Positions 57,394-64,000 of a DNA stretch of 64,000 nt are shown here, piece by piece. Below the pieces are notes generated by a model. That model was not told the DNA's origin, ran no database searches, and saw only the letters and a list, made by a program, of their open reading frames with translations. The stretch is from an uncultured virus (IMG/VR IMGVR_UViG_3300005099_000288) (taxonomy: Duplodnaviria > Heunggongvirae > Uroviricota > Caudoviricetes). The stretch lies in IMG/VR virus record IMGVR_UViG_3300005099_000288. One strand, given 5' to 3'. Position numbers and translations under genes: made by a program. The number at the start of each line of letters is the position of its first letter. Position 1 is the first letter of the stretch.

Positions 57394-58773
57394 GTGATAA
57401 AAATGAAAGACTTTGAAGAGTTTGTAGAATCTATTTTACATGAAGAGAACGGATTTGAATTTGGAGAACCCTGGAGAAAATCCGATAAATCCCTGACAGT
57501 AGTAGTACCAATTTTGAGAAAAAATGCACCTGAGAGAAACTACGTTACAATAGACGAAGTGAAAGACAAAGTCCAAGTAGAAGATACAGGAAATATTCAC
57601 AGGATTCGTATTGTTTCTAATGACAGTCGTCCAGTTTTTGTAAGGAGTGGAAGTATTTTCAAAGGAGAAGGGACTCAGAGTAGAGGAATCGTCGAATCTA
57701 CAGTACTTTATCCGAACGAAATTAAAGAAGTTGAGGCAAGGTGTGTTCACGCGAGTCATCCCATAAGAACAAGGGCAAAATTCTCTTATGTTGGAGTTGC
57801 TCCGCTGTCTGTCCGAAAAAATTTGGTTTCTGGAGTTTCCCAGCCTAGAGTTTGGGCTTCAGTGAACCAAGTTGCAGGTACGGACAATTTAGTTGCATTT
57901 ATGGCAGCTCCCTCTGATGCAGGAACAGTATCTCACCGCCCTCAGGTTAGTATTCCAGGGCCAGTTGCTGGGGTTAGGAGAAGAATTTCTCGTAGAGTTG
58001 ATTTATCGAAAGTTGACAGATCAATAGAAGATATTCCAGTGTTGGGGGATCAAGCTGGAGTCATTATATTGGACATGGAAGGTATAGTAGCATTTGAGGT
58101 TTTCGATAATCCAAAATCTTGGGTTACATTTCATTCTGGAATTCTAAAGGACATTGATACCGAGGAGCCGATATTTAAAATGGACGAAAAAGCAGTAGAG
58201 ACACGAGTCAGGAGATTCCTGATCGGATTAGTAGAACTTAGAGATTTTGAAGTTGTCGACGAAGGTGACAGACACAAGACATTTAAATTTGCATTCGATC
58301 GCAGGTATGTTGGAGAGTTTACAAAAGTGGATAATCAGATAATTCATATAATTGTTACGAGAACCGAAGATTTACAAGAAGAATCTGGAAATTCTGAGAT
58401 AAATTTTGTCGAAAACATAGTAGGTAGAGTAACAGGAGTTCTTGAGTATTTTGCTGATCGTACAAGGACTGATACATCAACTGGATCTACTACCATTACT
58501 GATAATAGTACAAACATAGATAATTCAGTAAGGGTTTATACGATACCAGGAGGATTTCGTGATTTAAGTCGAAGGTGGTCGACACGAACTTTTTCAAAAT
58601 ATGCTAAAGCTTTGAGAGATTCAGGATTGATTGAGAAAAAAGGTCGTTCGTATGTTTTGACCAAAAATGGTCACAGAATTTTGTCTAAAATGGAAGATTT
58701 GAAGGAAGATCTCGCTAGTACCGCAAAGAGAGCTCTCTACAGGAGGTTAGGGGAAGAAGAGTTTAAAAATTAA
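57394..58773 (+). CDS. ARPP-1/DUF6569-like protein with C-terminal wHTH
   Basis: PVFVRSGSIFKG-GTQSR...VEARCV...SQPRVW; C-terminal LRDSGLIEK---YVLTKNG. Confidence 0.6.
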   Translation: MIKMKDFEEFVESILHEENGFEFGEPWRKSDKSLTVVVPILRKNAPERNYVTIDEVKDKVQVEDTGNIHRIRIVSNDSRPVFVRSGSIFKGEGTQSRGIVESTVLYPNEIKEVEARCVHASHPIRTRAKFSYVGVAPLSVRKNLVSGVSQPRVWASVNQVAGTDNLVAFMAAPSDAGTVSHRPQVSIPGPVAGVRRRISRRVDLSKVDRSIEDIPVLGDQAGVIILDMEGIVAFEVFDNPKSWVTFHSGILKDIDTEEPIFKMDEKAVETRVRRFLIGLVELRDFEVVDEGDRHKTFKFAFDRRYVGEFTKVDNQIIHIIVTRTEDLQEESGNSEINFVENIVGRVTGVLEYFADRTRTDTSTGSTTITDNSTNIDNSVRVYTIPGGFRDLSRRWSTRTFSKYAKALRDSGLIEKKGRSYVLTKNGHRILSKMEDLKEDLASTAKRALYRRLGEEEFKN

Positions 58774-58788
58774 AAGTAAAAATATGAT

Positions 58789-59808
58789 TTGATGGTTATA
58801 ATAATTTGGAGAGGTCCAGGAAGAGGAACTGAAAGTGCAGTTGAATCCTTAATTACAGGACTTCGCAGGTATAATGTGGATTTTATGGATGTTTCGAGTG
58901 TAGCAGATAAATTTTTCAAAGATCAGCCAGATAAAATATATAGACTCGAGAAATTCTCACCTGATCTTATACATACACATAGTATAAATTTTTGTATAAA
59001 TGCTCTGAAAAAGCCTCTCTACGTACCTACAGTATTGACTGTACATGGTTACATGTTCAGAATTCTAGAACCTAAAAAGAGAATTGCTGGTTTTATAAGA
59101 GATTCCTTTTTTTCTGCAGATGCAATAATTGCACCTTCGATAGAATTGAAGAATCAAATAAAAAAAGAAGGATTTGACAACGTTTTTTATATTCCAAATA
59201 TGATAGATCCTAATAAATTCACTCCTGAACTTGCAGAATATACCGGGATTTTAGAGGAGATCAGAAAAGATCTAAAGATATCAGAGAAAGACACAGTTGT
59301 CGCAAGTGTTGGTAACATGCACTGGTATAAAGGAGTTGATACTTTTCTAGAAGCAGGGAAGATCTTACAGAAGAGTGTCGATAACTTAAAATTGTTGTGG
59401 ATAGGAAAGGACATGGGGTGGACAAGATTGAGTAAATTTTTAGAACCTGTTAAAGACATTTTTAAATTAGTTGAAATTAGGGATTATAATTTGATGCCTT
59501 TTGTATATCATTTGATAGATGTGTATTGTCATTTTTCAAGATGGGATGCTTGTAGTATGAGTTTTCTCGAGGCGATGTCTTCGGGTATTCCAGTTGTACA
59601 TACTCCAGTTGGAGAACATTCTAGAGTAAATCTGTGCACGGGAAGAACCCCTGAAGAACTCGCTGAGTTAGTCCTTAAATGTATCGATAGAAAGAGCGTT
59701 TATGGTAGACTTTTTAGAGAAGAAGTTTTGAAGAGGTATTCGATAGATGCAGTAATGCCTCGAGTATTGAGACTTTATATGAATCTGATAGAAGATCCGT
59801 TCTACTGA
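58789..59808 (+). CDS. GT4 glycosyltransferase
   Basis: IHTH, TVHG, IPNMID, KGVD, FLEAMSSGIPVV. Confidence 0.88.
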   Translation: MMVIIIWRGPGRGTESAVESLITGLRRYNVDFMDVSSVADKFFKDQPDKIYRLEKFSPDLIHTHSINFCINALKKPLYVPTVLTVHGYMFRILEPKKRIAGFIRDSFFSADAIIAPSIELKNQIKKEGFDNVFYIPNMIDPNKFTPELAEYTGILEEIRKDLKISEKDTVVASVGNMHWYKGVDTFLEAGKILQKSVDNLKLLWIGKDMGWTRLSKFLEPVKDIFKLVEIRDYNLMPFVYHLIDVYCHFSRWDACSMSFLEAMSSGIPVVHTPVGEHSRVNLCTGRTPEELAELVLKCIDRKSVYGRLFREEVLKRYSIDAVMPRVLRLYMNLIEDPFY

Positions 59809-59817
59809 GGTGAGAAA

Positions 59818-60768
59818 ATGAAGAAAATGCGACTTGTTGGATGGTCAGACCCATATGGTAGTGGAGCAACAATAGTTTTAGAAGCACTGGCAGAGACATT
59901 ATCCAAGTTTTTTGAAGTTGAAATAGTAACTGACGAAGATATGAAAAACCCTATGACCTACTTAAAATTTGATGGTGATGTGATATACACTTCAGATTAT
60001 TTTACACTTTCAAAAATTCCACCAAATCTTCTGAGAAAGAGAAAATACAAAATTGTTTTAGAATTCCGAGGATATTCTGTAGATAAGATAAAAAATCCGA
60101 ATTGGGAAAATATCACAAAGAACGCGGATATCATTACAGCAGTAGATCCTACATTAGCAGAATGGGTCCGTAGTAATACAGGGATAAAGGATATTCCAAT
60201 TCTGCCTCCTTCTTATAACAAGGATTTATTTAGATTTAAAGGGTTCGACAGGACTCCTTATAAAATAGCGCTTTTCGGAGAGAAAAATGAAACTCATTTA
60301 CTTTATCCATATTTGTATTCTCCTGTTAAAAAACCACAGAACTTCGTTGAAATCTGTAATAAACTTGGAGTGAAGGGAATAATGTTCCGATATCCTTTAA
60401 TGTTAATGTCTAGTCCATTGAATATTTATCTCGTGGATTTCTTACCTCAATATCAAATGGTTAATTATTATTATGCATGTGATATTGTTTGTGCATATAC
60501 TGAAATTGAAGGTATGCCAAAGGCACCCTTAGAAGCAATGGCAACCGGAAGGCCCATTATAATGCATTTCGTCCCAGGATTACTCAGGGATTCCCCTGTA
60601 ATAGCCGTTAAGGATATTGAAGAAGCGTGTGACAAAATAAAAGAATTACTGGAGGATGAAGATAAGTATAAATCTCAGGTTACGAAACAATTAGAGTTTG
60701 TATCTAAATGGTATTCATGGGAAGATAAAGCACGTCAAATTTATGAAATCATCGAAAGAGCTCAGTAA
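59818..60768 (+). CDS. GT4 glycosyltransferase
   Basis: EGMPKAPLEAMATGRP, YSWE. Confidence 0.82.
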   Translation: MKKMRLVGWSDPYGSGATIVLEALAETLSKFFEVEIVTDEDMKNPMTYLKFDGDVIYTSDYFTLSKIPPNLLRKRKYKIVLEFRGYSVDKIKNPNWENITKNADIITAVDPTLAEWVRSNTGIKDIPILPPSYNKDLFRFKGFDRTPYKIALFGEKNETHLLYPYLYSPVKKPQNFVEICNKLGVKGIMFRYPLMLMSSPLNIYLVDFLPQYQMVNYYYACDIVCAYTEIEGMPKAPLEAMATGRPIIMHFVPGLLRDSPVIAVKDIEEACDKIKELLEDEDKYKSQVTKQLEFVSKWYSWEDKARQIYEIIERAQ

Positions 60769-61330
60769 AGTTGTTGATGGAATACCGGAAGTGGGATTCC
60801 CGACAAAACAGAAGATTGAGTGGATTATTCGTAAATACTCTATCGCAGAAAAACTTTTACGGTGGTTTAAGAAAAAGGAAATTGTCGATATAGGGTGTGG
60901 GTATGGTATAGGCACAAAATTTTTACATGATCAAGGATACAGTGTTGTCGGGGTCGATTACTGGAAACCTCTGGTAGAATACTGTCGTTCGAAGTATCCT
61001 AAGATTCCTTTTATACATGCAAGAGCTGAAGAATTTGACATTTCTAAGTTTGACGGAATCGTTGCAATAGATGTTGTAGAACATTTCAAAGATCCTAAGG
61101 GCGTTTTAAAAAAATGGTATTCTGAAATGAAATCGGATTCTATATTAATTGTTAGGACACCACATCGTGAGATAAAAGAAGGTAGATCGAGGGATTATAA
61201 CCCACACCACCATTATGAATTAACTCCAGAAGAAGTGGTAGAATGTTTACCTGGAGTCGTTTTATATAAACCTGATGTCCCGCAGACTCCTCACGTTTTT
61301 TGGTTTTATCTATATAAAGGTCTTCGTTAG
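60698..61330 (+). CDS. class I SAM-dependent methyltransferase
   Basis: VDIGCGYG, GVD, DVVEHFKDP, TP...NPHH. Confidence 0.88.
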   Translation: MYLNGIHGKIKHVKFMKSSKELSKVVDGIPEVGFPTKQKIEWIIRKYSIAEKLLRWFKKKEIVDIGCGYGIGTKFLHDQGYSVVGVDYWKPLVEYCRSKYPKIPFIHARAEEFDISKFDGIVAIDVVEHFKDPKGVLKKWYSEMKSDSILIVRTPHREIKEGRSRDYNPHHHYELTPEEVVECLPGVVLYKPDVPQTPHVFWFYLYKGLR

Positions 61331-61373
61331 ATGGGGCAAAATTTAAATCCAACTATGCAAAGAAAGACTGAAG

Positions 61374-61538
61374 ATGACTGATACTAATCCAAGAGGCCTA
61401 CCACGTCCTCATGATGGTAGAGGCAGAGGAATCGGAATGCCAGGAGGTCGACGTGCTGGCAGAAATACAAGACCATGTCCTTCTGGAGGACCTGGTTACG
61501 GCAGAGGAGGAGGACGTGGTAGAGGTAGAAACAGGTAG
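61374..61538 (+). CDS. 54-aa Gly/Arg-rich basic peptide (not in ORF track)
   Basis: MTDTNPRGLPRPHDGRGRGIGMPGGRRAGRNTRPCPSGGPGYGRGGGRGRGRNR; TTTAAA about 27 nt upstream. Confidence 0.65.
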   Translation: MTDTNPRGLPRPHDGRGRGIGMPGGRRAGRNTRPCPSGGPGYGRGGGRGRGRNR

Positions 61539-61730
61539 GTGATAGCAGTGGATAATAAGGGGTTAGGGATTTTACTATTATTAGGAGTCGGAGCAGCAGT
61601 GATTTATTACATTTTGACCTCAGAAGAAAAACCTACTGTGAGATTTTTTGAAGGTCGTTTCCCACCACTAAGTGAACAACAGTTTCTCAGAAAACCCTTA
61701 AGAGGTTATGAGTATTTAGTAACTCCATGA
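61539..61730 (+). CDS. small membrane protein
   Basis: N-terminal TM helix. Confidence 0.55.
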   Translation: MIAVDNKGLGILLLLGVGAAVIYYILTSEEKPTVRFFEGRFPPLSEQQFLRKPLRGYEYLVTP

Positions 61731-61731
61731 G

Positions 61732-62871
61732 GTGACTATCATGGCAGTTAGTGTTGGCCAGTTTGAAATGATACCTGGAGTAAAGTATCCAGTGACGATA
61801 GCTCAGATTAAAGAGATAATAAAAACACTGTACAGGAGTGGTCCCGAGAAAGCTCCAGCGATCTTTATATGGGGAAAAATGGGGGTCGGGAAGAGTAGTA
61901 GTGTTAGACAGTGTGCGCATGAACTAGGGATTGAATTCATAGATCTTCGTCTGTCTCAGTTAGATCCTACGGATTTAAGAGGCCTTCCTTCTATAGCAAC
62001 AGGAGAAGTTAAGTGGGTCCCTCCTTCGTTTCTTCCTAGGTTCGGCAAGGGAATACTTTTCCTAGATGAATTAAATTTAGCTCCACCTGCAGTACAGGCA
62101 GCAGGATATGAATTACTTCTTGATAGAAGAGTAGGCGAATATGAACTTCCTGAGGGCTGGATGATTGTAGCAGCAGGGAACCAAGAAGAGCTCTCCCCGT
62201 ATATTTATGAAATGGCTCCACCACTAGCTAACAGAATGGTGCATTTAGTTGTAAAGTTAGATCTAGATATATGGAAAGAGTGGGCATATCGTGCTGGTAT
62301 AGACACTAGCATTATTGCATTTTTGACAAAAAATCCACAATACTTATTTTACTATGATCCCACAAAACCTGTGAAGGCGTATCCAACACCAAGATCGTGG
62401 GAGTTCGTATCACGAATATTAGGATCTGGGTTAGTTGGAGCTGAACTTGAAGCAGCAGTTTTCGGAACAATTGGTCAAGCAGTAGGTATAGAGTTCTTGA
62501 CTTTCAGGAGACTACAAGAAGAAATGCCAGATCCGTTAAAGGTAATAAGAGGAGAAGAAAAACCTATAATTACTGGAAAACCTGATGTGATGTATTTATT
62601 AATAACTTCGTGCGTAGCATGGATACCCAGATTACCTCCTGAAATTTCGGTACAAAAAGCTGTCGATAATCTTATAGACTATGCAAACTATTTATATAAA
62701 TATGGGAAAGAGCAAGGTAGAACAGAATTCGTTGCTACATCTGTAGTTCTAATTAGAGACATGGTAGATGCAGGATTTGATGACTATCTAATAAAATCAG
62801 AAAAGATGGAAGAATGCGTCGAGACGGGTCCTTGTTCAGAGACTTTGAAAACTTTCAAGAAAGTCGGTTAA
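61732..62871 (+). CDS. MoxR-like AAA+ ATPase
   Basis: GKMGVGKS, DPTDLRGLP, LFLDELN, AAGN, PLANRM, TPRSW. Confidence 0.9.
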   Translation: MTIMAVSVGQFEMIPGVKYPVTIAQIKEIIKTLYRSGPEKAPAIFIWGKMGVGKSSSVRQCAHELGIEFIDLRLSQLDPTDLRGLPSIATGEVKWVPPSFLPRFGKGILFLDELNLAPPAVQAAGYELLLDRRVGEYELPEGWMIVAAGNQEELSPYIYEMAPPLANRMVHLVVKLDLDIWKEWAYRAGIDTSIIAFLTKNPQYLFYYDPTKPVKAYPTPRSWEFVSRILGSGLVGAELEAAVFGTIGQAVGIEFLTFRRLQEEMPDPLKVIRGEEKPIITGKPDVMYLLITSCVAWIPRLPPEISVQKAVDNLIDYANYLYKYGKEQGRTEFVATSVVLIRDMVDAGFDDYLIKSEKMEECVETGPCSETLKTFKKVG

Positions 62872-63254
62872 AAATTTCTATTACAGAGGAAGAATGGAAT
62901 AGAATTACAGAAGAGTTTTACAAAAGATTAAAATTTCCTTTGAGAATAAAACTAGAATGTCAGCTGGAATTTGACCCAAAATACGTTGTATCCTTGGGAT
63001 TTTCGCCAGAGCCCTATTTATACATAAACACAATTAGCAGAGTCTATGTAAATATAAACAAGGACGGATCTATTTATTTTTATAGAGAAACAGGAAAAAA
63101 GACAAGGCTTTTGGATCCACTAGAATTCTACTTTTTGCAAGGAATTTTAGAGGAGAAACTATATGAATTTCTAAAAGAATATATAGCAACATCCAGTAAA
63201 TATCTCAAAAGAATATTAAAAGAATATTTTGTGAGGAGGCTAAAAAATGAGTGA
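62814..63254 (+). CDS. hypothetical protein
   Basis: ORF between the MoxR and DUF2201-like genes; start uncertain. Confidence 0.5.
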   Translation: MRRDGSLFRDFENFQESRLKISITEEEWNRITEEFYKRLKFPLRIKLECQLEFDPKYVVSLGFSPEPYLYINTISRVYVNINKDGSIYFYRETGKKTRLLDPLEFYFLQGILEEKLYEFLKEYIATSSKYLKRILKEYFVRRLKNE

Positions 63255-64000
63255 AGACTACAAGGAAAAATTTATAACAGCATTGACACAACTTACATTT
63301 GCACACCCTTTTTTTGCAACAATCTCTATGTATTTGAATCCCATCTACAGTAAATTTGTCCCTACAGCAGGCGTAAACGTCGTAACTCTTGATTTATTGA
63401 TAAATCCGGAACTTATTAGGAAACATTCTTTGCAGGAATTACAGTTTATTTTAGCTCATGAAGTAATGCACGTTGTTTTGGCAGATGAACGCAGAAGACT
63501 CGGCAGAAATCCTGAATTGTGGAATGTTGCAATGGATTATGAAATTAATTGTATTCTCACCGAAGCAGGGATAGGCGAGAGACCGAACTGGGTCCTTTAT
63601 GATAATTCTTTCTGTGGAAAATCTGCAGAAGAAATTTATGAAATTCTAAAAAGGGAAACTCCCGTGATTAAAGTCATCCAACCTACAAAAATACCTCGTG
63701 CCCCGAAAGGAGGACTTCCAGGAGGGGCTGTTTATGAAACTCCAACAGGGATGACAGATGTACACGTAGACATAGAGGATCTCGAGAAAGAATATGGAAA
63801 AAGTAAGGTAGATGATGCAATAAGGCGAAATACGGGGATTACCGTTAGAGCCGAACAAATGGCAAGAGCTGCAGGTTTATTGCCACTAGGAATACAGAGG
63901 ATCATCGAATCTATGTTTGCTCCGAAAATTCCATGGCAAACTCTTTTGAAGAAATATGTTAAATCATTCGCAGGTCGAGGAGATTATAGGTGGGTACCTC
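63247..64000 (+). CDS. DUF2201-like putative metallopeptidase/VWA partner of MoxR (runs off the window; not in ORF track)
   Basis: HPFF, PTAGV, LAHEVMH (HExxH), WNVAMDYEIN, PKIPWQ; no stop codon before 64000. Confidence 0.85.
   Translation, partial: MSEDYKEKFITALTQLTFAHPFFATISMYLNPIYSKFVPTAGVNVVTLDLLINPELIRKHSLQELQFILAHEVMHVVLADERRRLGRNPELWNVAMDYEINCILTEAGIGERPNWVLYDNSFCGKSAEEIYEILKRETPVIKVIQPTKIPRAPKGGLPGGAVYETPTGMTDVHVDIEDLEKEYGKSKVDDAIRRNTGITVRAEQMARAAGLLPLGIQRIIESMFAPKIPWQTLLKKYVKSFAGRGDYRWVP

Noticed and set aside
1..64000. tRNA/rRNA genes, inteins, IS transposases, head-tail virion genes
   Set aside because: None was recognised by eye; NrdD and PolB have normal lengths with no intein-like insertions. 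tRNAscan-SE and profile searches would be needed to exclude them fully.
1..64000. Borg-type element
   Set aside because: There are no perfect tandem direct-repeat arrays in or between genes; gene content fits a virus-like element better.

Overview
This AT-rich, densely coded window looks like most of a large archaeal virus or extrachromosomal element rather than a cellular chromosome. Archaeal signs are GGTGA/GGAGG ribosome-binding sites, TATA-like promoters, a PolB with a C-terminal PCNA-binding motif, RadA/B and XPF homologues. Class III RNR suggests an anaerobic host. Genes diverge from an iteron-rich, inverted-repeat-bounded putative origin at 43.8-44.25 kb. The right arm carries replication, recombination and nucleotide genes: SSB-like, Cas4-like, RadA/B, dimeric dUTPase/dCTPase, dCMP deaminase, radical SAM, a thymidylate-synthase homologue with the cytosine-specifying Asp, an AsnB-like amidotransferase, UDG, an atypical PolB and XPF. 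These are followed by an ARPP-1-like protein, GT4s, a methyltransferase and MoxR/VWA. The left arm carries nrdDG, a glycosylation cluster with UDP-sulfoquinovose synthase, a tailless-virus-like structural module, a ~14-member paralog family (mostly one tandem array), a ParB-like protein and a tyrosine recombinase. A TROVE/Ro60-like gene with an adjacent hairpin lies at the left edge. The most unusual signals are: (i) Ig-fold proteins that appear to polymerise by donor-strand complementation, (ii) a probable cytosine-modification pathway, (iii) three dispersed ~260-bp composite palindromic sites, and (iv) the large paralog array. All functional calls come from motifs recognised by eye; no database search was run.
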